From Takakia lepidozioides (taxonomy: Eukaryota > Plantae > Bryophyta): DNA of 64,000 nucleotides. The notes beneath the pieces are model-generated. The model did not search any database. It was given only the letters and a program-made list of their open reading frames with translations, and had not been told where the DNA came from. Position 1 is the first letter of the stretch. Every line of letters begins with the position of its first letter. This document shows positions 25,596-37,672 of this stretch, in pieces. The DNA is taken from positions 38,068,001-38,132,000 of the forward strand of contig CM060733.1 in the NCBI GenBank assembly GCA_030704615.1. The letters run 5' to 3'. A program made the translations under genes and the position numbers.

Positions 25596-26996
25596 GGTTG
25601 TGCGGCTTCTGTGACTCTCCTTGGGTCTTGCCAAAAAAAACACTCCAGAGGTAATTCTCTTGGGAGGTGCTTAGCCCAAAATCTGCAGACATATTGAAAA
25701 GGCTCTTAACTGACATCAGGATGGTTTTGAGTATCCAAAGACAGCTGTCATTCCTGATGGGCTAGTATGAAGAAGGTTGAGGTAGAACTGGTTTTGTGAA
25801 AGATCCACAGCAACAGCCTTTGTAATTTTATAGTAGGGAGTTCAGGAGTTAAGTGTAGATTGGTGTATTGCCGGTGAAATTTGGTGGGTTATTGTGTTGA
25901 CTGTTTAAAATTTACCTTGATAATTGCAAGGTAGTGTGTTTCTCAATCTTTATTAAGTTATTTAGCTGTCATATGAAAGGCGTCTTTTGCCATGAAAATG
26001 GGTTGGGTTGTTACATTTTTCATTGATTGTTTAGACCCTTGGCTCAGGTGTAGTGAGTTCAAAAATGTGCCAAGTTATCCATTCCTATTGCAGAACAACT
26101 GGCACTGTAGTTGAGATATTGAGGAATAGATGAAGGAAGTATGCGGCAGAAAGAATGTAGGCAGTGGCCTACACTTTTAGAAGAGGCTGGGCTCCAAGAA
26201 AAAGAGCTCATGGAAACTAAGTTCTGGTAACACTTTTTCAGACTTCTGTATTTGTATTTGGATGTTTTTCACTTTCATATTCTCTTTGTGATCTTTTGCC
26301 AACAGAATGAAAAATGGATAATAGCATGTGGATTTATGATATCAATGTAGTTGCAGTATGCTGATGAAGTTTTTTGGTTGGTAAGGACATTATATTTGTA
26401 GTTCAATGTGGTCACAAGGGAAGTCAAAAAAGTAAGTCTATTTTCTGTGTATGTTGGCAGTGAAGATGTACCAAGTTCTGTCGATGTATGGAGTGATTCG
26501 GATTGAAAGTCAACCATCAAATCAACAATTTCAGGGTATGGAAACATGCACAAAGGAACTTAGCAACACCCAACTTCTCAACCACCATGGTTAGGAATTT
26601 TTGGTGGCATGACTGTGTTGAAGCTGCTTGGCTTGTCCTTGACATGTGAAAGAAACAAGGCATATCTAAAATCTTCCTGGGCATGACAATACTTTTCCCA
26701 ACACATACAAAACTTGGGGAAAATGAGGGTGTACCATTGCTTACAGACGGCGCGCTTGTGAATGGCCTTGTCCAGGTGTCCATGCCAAAACCATCCTCGA
26801 GTACAAACGCGACACTCTCTTCATCCGTTGAGGCCAAGCTAGTGCCAAATTCCTGGCTACACTACCCACCATCAATACTGTCGTGGTGGGTACCATCATG
26901 CCTGCAATATTGTTCCCGGCTTGTGCAAAAGTAAGGACAATGACCTTCGCACCCTCAGTTAAATTCACGCAGTTTCTTTCAGGAATGTTGTTGGTT

Positions 26997-29972
26997 TCAC
27001 CAGTAATCACCACAGGAACAAACCCCATCTTGGAAGTGGTGAAAACGGGCAGCATCCCGCACAACAATTTCTCGACCAACAATCTTCGAGATGAACTTGC
27101 TGGCAGTGTGGCAGTCACCACACACCCGAAGGTTCTTGATGATCTGGACAGGCGTCCCAGGAGGCGTGCTGATGAGCCCAAACGCAATGGCCAGCTTCTC
27201 ACTGTGGTGGCAAAGAGAAAACTCCTTCAGCTCCTTTTCCACATCTTGCAATACAAAGCGTGTGTCAGGCACATACCCCACCTCCTTCATCTGTCCAGAC
27301 AATCTCTTAAGCTCCAGGTGGATCTCCTCAATTTGTGGGTGCAATTTGTCTTCAACAAGGAATGTATGCACCCGATTGCCGACCTCAATGCAGCTGTGAC
27401 CGGGCTCCTTCCTGACACCTCTGTCCTTCATCATTTTTCTAACGTTTGCTTGATCATCCCACCTGCCAGCTGCAGCATAGATGTTCGATAGCAGCACATA
27501 AGTTGGAGCATCGTGTGGATCCAACTTGAGACAGCATTTTGCCACACGTTCTGCTAGCTCCACATCCCCATGAATTTTGCATGCACCAAGCAAGGCCCCC
27601 CACACCGACCCATCGGCTTGAATTGGCATTTTCTTAATGAAATCCTCTGCCTCATCCAATTTTCCTACACGGCCAAGAAGGTCCACCATGCAGCCAAAAT
27701 GCTGGAGTGAAGGAGTGAGGCCATAATCTTGACTCATGCAATCAAAGTAGTGGTGGCCCTCATTTACCAGGCCCACATGGCTACATGCAGAGAGAAGGCA
27801 TATGAAAGTGATACCGTCTGGCTTCAAGCCTTCCTGTTGCATTTGTTCAAATAGGTGGAGGGCTTCCATACCACAGCCATGCTGAGCACATCCTGCCATC
27901 ATTGCATTCCACGAGATCACATTTCGTTCGGCCATATTGTTGAAAACTTGATGTGCATACCTCAGACTCCCACATTTGGCATACATGTCGACAAGAGTAT
28001 TCTCCAAAGTGATGTCTGGTATGATTCCAGCTTTAATGATTTCAGCATGTAGCTCTTTCCCCTTTCTGAGGGCTGCCACGCTGGCACATGCATTCAGAGC
28101 AGCAATGAATGTGACTTTGTTAGCCTTGACCCCTTCCCGTATCATTTGCTCATACATCTTAAAGGCCTCTATACCACAGCCATGCTGGGCATATCCTGCA
28201 ATCATTGCACTCCATGAGACCACATTTCGGTCAGCCATATTGTCAAACAAGTGACGTGCATCCTTCATGTTCCCACACTTGGCATACAAGGCAACCAGGG
28301 CAGTCTCCAGAATGACATCTGGCACAATTCCAGCTTCGAGGATGTCAGCATGGACCTTTTTGCCCTTTTCCAGGGCTGCAAGGTTGGCGCACACCTTCAG
28401 AATGGAAGTGAATGTGACTTTGTCTGGCATCACCTCTTCGAGTATCATTTGCTCATATATCTTCAAGGCCTCCCTACCATCCCCATGCTTCGCATATACT
28501 GCTATCATTGTGTTCCACACAAACATATCTCGTTCGGGCATGTTATCGAACACTTGGCGTGCATCCACCATGCTTCCACACTTGGCATACATGTTGTGAA
28601 GAGTATTAAGTAAAAACAAGTTTGGCTTGAATCCAATTTTGATTATATGGGCATGCACCTGCTTTCCCTCCGTCAGGCCTTGCATGTTAATGCACTCCTG
28701 CAAGAGAGAGACATAAGTATTGGAGTCTGCCCAAATGTCTCCTTCATTCAAAATCTGCAGGGCCTCTTTCAGTTGTCCTGCTTTACATAGTGTCCTCACA
28801 TCACCACAATGTGCTTGACCTTGAAACATGGCAGCTAGCCCTGCTTTCACCCAGGGAGGGGTTGACCAACCATCAACCCAAAGAGCCTCCTTAGTGCACT
28901 TATGCCTGAAATCTGGTGATCTTGGACTTCTCTGTGACAGCCACCAGTAGGCAGCTGAGCAGCCATAGCTTAAACCACTGCAGAGATCATCAAGCATCTT
29001 TCAAATAAAAGGAAACAATCTTAAGCAACACGTTTTAGTGCCTTGTTACAACCTCCTGGTAGAAACATCTGTCTTTGCTTCATTGTTGAGACAAAGAGCA
29101 AAAATATCTGATGTGAGCACTGGAGGTGGCACACAACATCATCATGACAGCTTCAGTCATGAGCCCTCCTCGGCAACTCTTTGTGTGCTGAATGAAGAGT
29201 AGCCTCACCTTATCAATCCTGTTGTCCCACCACTGTGAAGGATCTAAGAAGAACTCCTGCCAGAGCTGATCCTCGCTCATGGTTTGGCCTGCATGCAGAC
29301 GCCTCCTAGATACAATCGTTACCAACTCCTAATTGATAGCAGTCTTAGTCTATGATCTTAGAGCAGCGTTTTATAATTCTCACACACACGCACTGCACTG
29401 CAACAACCATATGTGTTATCTCTGTGTCGGATTGGGGGTTCCTAGGAAACGTTCAATGTGTACACCTCTCTGGGGAAAATTTAACGCTGCATTTGCTCCA
29501 GAGGGACTATCTGTGGTAATCAGCGACCCAAGTGTGAACTTGTCGTGGGCTGTGACCTATCTCTCTCCCATACACCAAATGGCAGAGAAACTGATGGGAG
29601 TAGGGCTACACTCTTCTATGACCACAAAGCAAATTAACTGACAAAAACGGGTGTAGTTTCCGTAGAAACAGGAGTAAATGGAGCCTGCATCTGCACCAAG
29701 CTTGCATACCCAACAAAATGCATGGAGCCTTCCATATCTATACCTTTCTCTGGTTCCCCTCGAGAGAGGTGAGGCATCATAGCCATCGCTTGGGCAGGCC
29801 GGGGCCTCGACTTTGCCAAGCAGGATACGCATCTCAGCTCCACAGCCTGACCCGTTGATCTGTCGCATGCTGTCAAAATTCCCACCCGCTCAACGCAAGA
29901 AGAATTAAGGGCCTTGGCTATGGCCTCTCGGAGAGGGTGCGCGTTCAGTAGAGCAGGAGAGCCCGCTTCCAT
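26997..29972 (-). CDS. PLS-class PPR protein with E1/E2/DYW (C-to-U editing factor) and N-terminal OSB-like PDF motif
   Basis: Exons 29972-29744, 29288-29209 and 28931-26997 splice in frame (GT-AG). The protein has 11 PPR motifs (L-S-P...P2-L2-S2), a PG box KEPGHSCIE, HSEKLA, CGDCH and a terminal DYW. The exon 2/3 junction gives LWQEFFLDPSQWWDNRIDK|RSPRSPDFRHKCTKEALWVDGWSTPPWV. Confidence 0.92.
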
Positions 29973-30592
29973 CCCTGGGCCTGCGACACATAAAAAAATA
30001 AGCGGCAGCAATAAGAGAGTGGCAAACGAAAGCAAAACTATTCGTGCTTGTTTCAAGTATTCAAACAATCTCTGTCTACTAAGCAGTAGAAAAAGGGCTC
30101 AGGCATGCTTAGAACATCACTCCTCAACATGCTCAATCTCGTCCTCTTTTCCCAAGATTTACCATTTGTAGCTCTGACGGAGGTGCTACCCAGTTGTGGC
30201 ATTCATGCAAAGAGCCTGAAGAATCCAAGACGCAGGCCGCATCTGATTTTGAAAAACTTCTTGTATGAGAGAATGGGTCCAGCGATCTGTCTTGTCTCGT
30301 CTCTCTCTTTCTCGCTCTCAAAGAATTCCTGGAGCAGTGCAGCACCACGTTGTCAACGGGCTTGAAGGCAGTTAGGGTCCCCGTTACACAAACGGCACTA
30401 TAACGGAAGCCTGTATTTCGCTAATTATTTCCGTCACGTAACAGGTGCGGAATGAAAAAGAACGAACGAGAAAAAGAGAACGAACAGAAAACGACCAGTC
30501 CCAACTGGTTCCCTCGTTCCCACCTCCAGCCCCAGCTCCTTCCTGCCCGTCCCAGTCCTCCTTCCTGCCCGAGGCCGCCTGTTGTCCGGGCC

Positions 30593-30666
30593 CGCCCATC
30601 TTAACCCTCTAACTGAGCTGACCTGAGCTGACCTAACCATGACCCTGACCCTAAGCCGACCTAACC
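30593..30666 (-). repeat. ggttagg-rich element-end motif (also at 35745-35797 and 62111-62151)
   Basis: Shared core ggttaggtcag...ttag.gggttaag.tgggcg at three places. Confidence 0.7.
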
Positions 30667-30695
30667 AGCATTGGGAGGGTATATTGATTTTTCCT

Positions 30696-30835
30696 ACCCT
30701 CAGGATAAGGGTATATATGATTTTGGGGGTCAAACTTATCCTCAGGGTAAAGGTATAATGTATTTTTTTGAAAATATTTAACCCCCGGATAAGGATATAT
30801 AATTTTTTTGGTAAACACTTATCCTGGGGGGGTTT
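30696..30835. repeat. Two tandem imperfect hairpin units (ggataag...cttatcc)
   Basis: accctcaggataag at 30696-30709 pairs with cttatcctcagggt at 30735-30748. acccccggataag at 30781-30793 pairs with cttatcctggggggg at ~30818-30832. Confidence 0.75.
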
Positions 30836-32289
30836 AAGGGTATTGGGTGCCACATATACCATGAGGGTAAGGGTAATTGTAGGATAATGGTACCATTTTG
30901 ATATCCTTGGATATCCCAGGGTAATTATAAAGGGTGAATTAATTTAATTAATTTAATAATTTTATTAAATACTTAGAATAAAGCATTTCAATTGTGTAAC
31001 ATCCCCATTATATAGAATTTAACGGGCTATGCCTTTTATTTAGTTGCAATGTTTACTAGACAACACTAATGTGTGACTATGTGCATGAATGTAGTCCTAA
31101 GTCATGATAACATATTGGATTATTTTATTGATGGTTTTAGGGTCTATAGATTGGTTTAGGTTGTTCCGACTCCTTCCCTCTATGAAAATTCTTCTGTCTC
31201 TATTGTGAGTTATAATCCCGAGGAACATGAAACCGCACATGAAGATAGTGCAGCTCAAATAATGGAAGATCATGTTGCTTCTGCTAATCATGGTCAAGGT
31301 TGTGGTCGAGGTCGAAGTCATGCCCATGCTCGTGTCACCTCACTAAGTACACAACCCCATACAAGAGTAATATCCACTCCTGAACAACTCGTATCGATGG
31401 GATTTACTTTTGAATCTCAATATTTTGCTAGCAGGGTGATGGCATTGGGGCTTGCATTCTTAAGAGAACTAGGGGATAATGTGCAAGCAAGATCACTCAA
31501 GACAGTTGTATTAGCATGTCACATACATATATGTATGCAATCCAAGACATTTGAACTCTTATGTGCGAATTGACAGGTAGTTAGACATATTCTTAAGTCT
31601 TTTTAAACTTTGTCACTATCCACATAAAGGTAAAGCTTAAGTTTCAGGTTTATGGGCTTGACTGTACTACCTACTAATAGGTACTTGTGCTATCCCAATC
31701 GTTATCCATTTTGTCTTTGTTTTTTTAAATCGCCTTCAGAAAAGTAGTCAAAACATTCATCACTCACTATTATAAAAATGGATTGCATGGAGTAACAAGA
31801 CTACCTATACAATTAAGTCCTCTAGAACATATACTAAAGCACTTCCTTAATGTGGGTAGTGACAAAGTTCACAAACACTTAAGAATAAATACTGAATGTT
31901 TAACTACCTTGGGTCTACAAATAAGAATTGAAATATCTTGGAATGCATACATATATGTATATAACGTGCTAATACAACTGTCTTGAGTGATCTTGCTTGG
32001 AAATTTATCCCCTAGTTTTCCTAACAATGCAAGCTGCCCCAATGTCATCACCATGTTAGTAAATATATTGAGATTCAGAAGTAAATCCCATTGATACGAG
32101 TTGTTCACGAGTGGTTGTTACTTTCGTATGAGGTCGTGTACTTAGTGAGGTGACACGAGCATGGGCACGACTTCGACCTCAACCTCAACCACAACCTCGA
32201 CCAACAAAAGCAATATGATCTTCTATTATTTGGGCTGCACTTTGGATTTTCAATTCATATGTCAATATCAATTCATAGTATTATGCAGA

Positions 32290-33315
32290 TTTCTTCTGGG
32301 ACACATGTTTGCAACAGCTGCAGGTCAGAGACAAGCAAGACCAATGCAGAATGCGTTTTTGAAATATTTGCGTAAGGCTATCTTATCAGTGGACAGTGTG
32401 TTGCGGCTTGGTATTCAATAGCTTCCTTGGAATTCCCAGTCTTGGAAACAACGTCTTTGTGCGAGAGTGCTACCATGGACTGGTGCAAAAAGTGAACGAG
32501 TATTTTCAGAGTGGGGACTCCGGCATCATCATCGCGAGGAACCTAGGTGAACCACTGGTCATAGTGAACCTAAAAATGTTTAGTCTCACTTTCCACTGCC
32601 ACTCAATAGCATCAATAGCACCTCAATACCAACAAACAATTTTAGTGGTTTTTTTTTTTTCAAATTAATTTTCTAAATTTGGCTTTGTAACACATCATTT
32701 GAGGAACCATCCTATTGTATTGTAAGAGAACTTTGCTTGCTCGGGTGGGTGGGGTGCAGGGATTGGGAAGAGTATGTTGGGGTATTACCTGCTCTACTTG
32801 TGGGCAAAAGAAGGCCGAAACGTTGTGTTAGTGAGGAATTGGTCACGCAAACCAATGCTCTTCAGCAACGACTGCATTTTCCAGCTCGACGACGAGTCTA
32901 TAGAAGAGGAGCTCCAGAACGAAATCAAGGTTCTTGGCTGTGGATGCATGATGTTGTAGTATATCACCTATAGAAAAAGATAGAGATCTCACATTGTTTG
33001 CACGTTTCTACTTGATGCGGTAAATCTAATGAAGTATGGGGGATCCGTGACAAAGATGGTGTTCGTGACTTCACCTAAAAGGGATATCTATTGGATGAGT
33101 TTTTGTGACGCGGATTATGGAATAAACAAGACGTTGTTGTGAATTCTTTGTATTATTTTGATGTGCATTTTAAACTATTGCACATGTCTGAATAAAGATT
33201 TTTGTGTTGTGGTGCACGAAGTTCTCAAGCGCAAAGGCTATGAAATCATGTACATGGACACGTGGAGCCTTGCGGAGCTGGAAAGCTGTCGAGCAACCAT
33301 ACACAAGGAGATTCA
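32290..33315 (+). pseudogene. Crinkler/RHS-like P-loop NTPase gene fragment
   Basis: Reads FLGIPSLGNNVFVRECY...IIIARNL|GIGKSMLGYYLLYLWAKEG (spliced 32546/32760), then ...VFVTSPK... and ...MYMDTWSLAELESCR. The motif order is typical of CRN-family NTPase domains; Walker A is degenerate and stops are present. Confidence 0.7.
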
Positions 33316-33399
33316 GTGTTTTGCTAGTTTTGTAGTGGCTGTGGTTGCCCATGATGGCTCTCTCTGTGAAATTTGAAGTTTTTGATGTTTTGATGTGTG

Positions 33400-34135
33400 G
33401 CCCTCCAGCTGTGGTGATCTTCAATGGGGTGAGAGATATTCAGAAAGATCATCAAGTGCAGAGGATTTCTCGTAGAGCTGCGGATGCTGACAAGTTGCTG
33501 ATTGGAGAGTCTGCGGTCAGGATCAAGAGGTCGGGGCCATCATTTGAAGATCTTCTCAAGACAATTGGAGATTTGTCCCAAGAGGTTGACTCGCATTTCA
33601 GAACTCCAAGCAGAAGTTTCAGAATACCAAACAGGAGCTGACCATGAAGCTTGAAAAGGTCGAGAAGGAGTTGGCAACAATCTTCGCCCATGTGACAATA
33701 CGAGAGATTTTGAATTCTTGGAAGAAGACAGTGGACCGAGCTGTGGATAAACAATTTTTGGAGGAGGTTTTTACTCTGAATCTCTTTGGATTGATGCTTT
33801 GAGTTATGGAGTGAATAATTTGAAAGAATCCATGTTTGAATTAATTGAGTGTATCCTACTGACTGAATTGTTGTTTTGGGTTTCCAGGTGAAGGTTAAGT
33901 AGGATTAGCGGACACTGCATTGGTATTCTTTGGATGCTTTACGCTGGGAGGCTTTATTTGACAGATGAGGTTCGTGCCCTCATGCATGAGCTGAAGTCCG
34001 TGAACAGCCTGCTTGAGGATAAGCACCCGGAATTTGCAGATAGCACTGTAAAGCACACCAATATAGTGGAATGTTTGAGTATCTGTGAGCAAGTGGTTTT
34101 ATCTTACCAGGCTTGGGCTCCATGGAGAACCCAAT
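33400..34135 (+). pseudogene. Fragment of an unidentified coiled-coil gene
   Basis: Frameshifted ORF pieces (QELTMKLEKVEKELATIFAH..., ECLSICEQVVLSY) with an intron at ~33767-33887. Confidence 0.4.
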
Positions 34136-37100
34136 TCTGGAACTTTTTAAACTTTGTCACTATCCACATGAAGGTAAAGCTTAAGTTTCAGGTTTATGGG
34201 CTTGACTGTACTACCTACAAACAGATAGTTCTGCTATCCCAATTGTTATCCATTTTGTCTTTGTTTTTTTAAATCACCTTCAGAACAGTAGTCAAAACAT
34301 TCATTACTAACTATTATAAAAATAGATTGCATGGATTAATAATACTACCTATACAATTAAGTCCTCTAGAGCATACACTAAAGCACTACCTTAATTTGGA
34401 TAGTGACAAAGTTCACAAACACTTAAGAATAAATACTGAATGTTTAACTACCTTGGGTCCACAAATAAGAATTGAAATATCTTGGAATGCATACATATTG
34501 TATATAATGTGCTAATACAACTGTCTTGAGTGATCTTGCTTAGACATTTATCCCCTAGTTTTCCTAACAATGCAAGCCCCAATGTCATCACCATGTTAAA
34601 AAATATATTGAGATTCAGAAGTAAATCCCATTGATACGAGTTGTTCACGAGTGGTTGTTACTCTTGCACGAGGTCGTGTACTTAGTGAGGTGACACGAGC
34701 ATGGGCACGACTTCGACCTCGACCACAACCTCGACCAACAAAAGCAATATGATCTTCTAATATTTGGGCTGCACTATGCACTATCTTCATATGTGGTTTC
34801 ATGTTCCTTGGGATTGTAACTACAATAGGGAGAGAGTTTTCATAGATGGAAGGAGTCGGAACAACCTAAATCAATCTATAAACCCTAAAACCCTCAATGA
34901 ACTAGTCCAGTATGAATGTTATCATGATTGAGCACTACATCCATGCACATAATCATACATTATTGTTGTCTAATAAACATTACAACTATAATACGTAGTT
35001 TTTTAATCCTATGTTATACTATATATATGAGGGAATGACTAAGTGAGAGAGAAAAAGAAGAATATCCATCTTGGAAGTATCATAGCATGAACACTTGTTA
35101 AATGTATATGTCCTGAGTAAGCACCATCCCTAAACCCTACATCATTATGGTTGTTTGTTAAACTCATTATTAATAGATATTTTTCATTCTATGTTATACT
35201 ATATATAGAGAGAAAGAGAGAGACAATTCAAAGAATATGTACAAGTAGATAGTCCACAAACAAAACATCATAATTAAAACATCATAATTATTATGTAGTT
35301 TTACATTCTATGCTATACTATGAATGAGAGTGAGAGTAAGAAAGAGAGATGAAGATATAGATAAAGATTCTTTAACGTCCAGTGAATTTACAGAGCCTAC
35401 TGCTCAACACACACGCCATCGAGGGCCCAATGGACGGTCTGAAGGCACATGTTGAAGGATTGAACCCAGGATCATCTAGGTTATGCACAGGCAAGGCACA
35501 AAGTTGAATCAAAATAAATATCTACAAATAGTCAACACAAAATAAGGAAAAGAATCAGGACCTAACTTTATATTGGGGTTTTTGTTTTCTCCTCTTCTTC
35601 CACTTCCTCTTTTACCTCATATTTCATCTTCTCCTTCCTCTTGTGAACTAATAGAATCCTATGCAAGAAGGTGAAAGCTGCTGGAGCTTACAAAATTAAG
35701 GATTTCAATTGTTTAAAATAGCAATAGTTTAAAATTGGACTATGTCAAGGGTCAAGGTTGTGGTTAGGTCAGGTTAGTTAGGGGGTTAAGGTGGGCGTGG
35801 GGCGAGCTGGGGGTATGAGGGAGGGCTCGGGCAGCAGGGCTGGGCAGAGCGGCCAGAAAAAAGTTGGTGACAGGAGGTCCTTGTACCTCTGCAGACAAAA
35901 TTCAGAGGCGGACTAGTAGTTAGGGGGAAAGAGGGGGAGAGATTGAGAGATTCGAGGAGGAGACAAGTGGGTGAAAGAGAGGAAGAGATGGGGAGAAGTA
36001 TGAGTAGACATCAGGAGAAATCTCCGAACTCAAGATGTTTTGTAGGTGTGGGCTGTACATTCTGTACCAGCCCTTGCATTTTCAAAACCGCTCTGCATTG
36101 AGATTGCAGTGGAGGCCAGGAGAGGAGGAGAGCTCAACGGACTGGGAGATGGGCAAGTCTTTCACCCGGAGGAGGAGAGCAATGGATGGCCACGTCCGCC
36201 TTTGGTGGATGCATATTTCCACAACAACGGCATTCCTCAAAAAGTTTACCAAGGCCAGTGTTAATTCTATCAGTCCTTCAACCTCACTCCGCATCCTAAA
36301 TGAAACAGCGGGTCGCATCTGTCAGGATTCTAGGAAGGATGAGCATTGCTTCTGAATTCTTAGCAGCCTTTCTGCAGAGTTTTTCCACCTAACATATGCA
36401 GGGATTTTTATTTCTTTGCATGTCTCTCACCTACGCACATGTCCTGTTGGACTTGGGGTTGTTTTTGGTTAATCAAAATTTCACCCTTGCAGATCACTAT
36501 ATCGTGGAAGGAAACGTCATCGGGGGTGTGGGACACAAATTTGGAGGTCCTGGCTGTGGGCTAGTGTCACGTGGGAGAGGAACCAGAGAATTCAGGTTGC
36601 CCTTCCTTTACCCTCGATGCTCCCTCCGCACTGTGCTTGGGGGCTATGGTCGCAATGCATACGGAAACTAATTGATGTGTATCCATGTCTCTCTCGCAAT
36701 TCCTAGAGAAGTCGGTGTGGTCTACGTTAGAAGGCCTGCTTAGAGCAGAGAGACCGTAGTGCCCAATAATATATTCTCCTAGAATGCGAGTGGTTTCTGC
36801 AGCCTTCTTAACAATCCGATGATGATATGCCACATGAGGCTGTGACTGCACTAGCAGTCACACTTGCTTTGAGAAAGGGGGGAGAGAGGTGAGAATTTAA
36901 TAGAGGGCGTACATTAGCCTCCTCAATAAGCCCCCCATCAAATCATCTATGATTGAGCAATAGGCCTCCGGAGCAAAAGCTGGCAAAGTCTCATGGCCTT
37001 GTCCTTGCATACAGGTCAAGCACAGAGCAAGGAACCGGTCTGCCAAGAGCTGTTCTCAGATCCTTCACAGTTGTGTGACAACAGCTTTGATAAGGTGGTT

Positions 37101-37672
37101 CTATCTTTATTTACTCTGTGAATGGGGTTTGTAAAGGAGGATTTTTAACTGATGCTTAAATAGTTGATAATTTCTCTTTTCGTGAGAATTTAACAACAAA
37201 AGCGGAACTTACCACTCCTGAAAGTAGGTAGGTTGTTAAAGATTGGTCCCTGTTCTTTGAAAACTGCTTGGAGCGCTGGTGATTGGTATGGTCTATGTGT
37301 GGCTGTGGTTTTAGCTATGGCTGCTCAGCTGCCCACAGGTGAGTTTCACAGAGAAGATGTGGGATGTCAAAAATTCATTGGACCAAGTTATGCAGCTTCG
37401 TATCCATTATCACAATCGTTGCTCAATTTAAGGAATGGCATTATCTCAATATGCGGAATGGCCTTTCTGTTTTCTTTGACATGTCAATTTATTTGTAACT
37501 TGGTTTGAAAGATATATTTCAACCGGGTCCTTTGCTAATTTGCATGAGATTCCAGGTGCCCTATGCTATTGTGTTGGAGCTCGCCCTTGTGAGGTCACAG
37601 CCCCTGTCCCACCATTGTGGCATATGTGTCGCCCAGGGTTAGAAGAAATTTCAATGCAAATAACAAACCGGA

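Larger units (their letters stand above)
31045..35330. mobile_element. Foldback/MULE-like element with long inverted arms, internal ~640-bp direct duplication and captured gene fragments
   Basis: 31045-31590 is inverted relative to ~34430-34985 and ~31890-32240. 31600-32240 is a direct repeat of 34144-34774. Same family as 56580-58534. Confidence 0.75.

Noticed and set aside
26517-26990. ORF downstream of the DYW stop
   Set aside because: It is frameshifted and unrecognised, and most likely 3' UTR or intergenic sequence.
26997-27420. U-to-C (DYW:KP) editing domain
   Set aside because: The PG box, HSEKLA and terminal DYW are the canonical C-to-U type.
26883-28613. Plus-strand ORFs of 90-200 aa (and minus-strand ORFs at 37711-40058)
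   Set aside because: These are antisense shadows of the PPR coding sequences.
29973-30068. Hydrophobic N-terminal extension of the PPR-DYW protein
   Set aside because: The ORF track start is TTG, and the segment looks like a 5'-UTR intron ending at a CAG acceptor near 29981.
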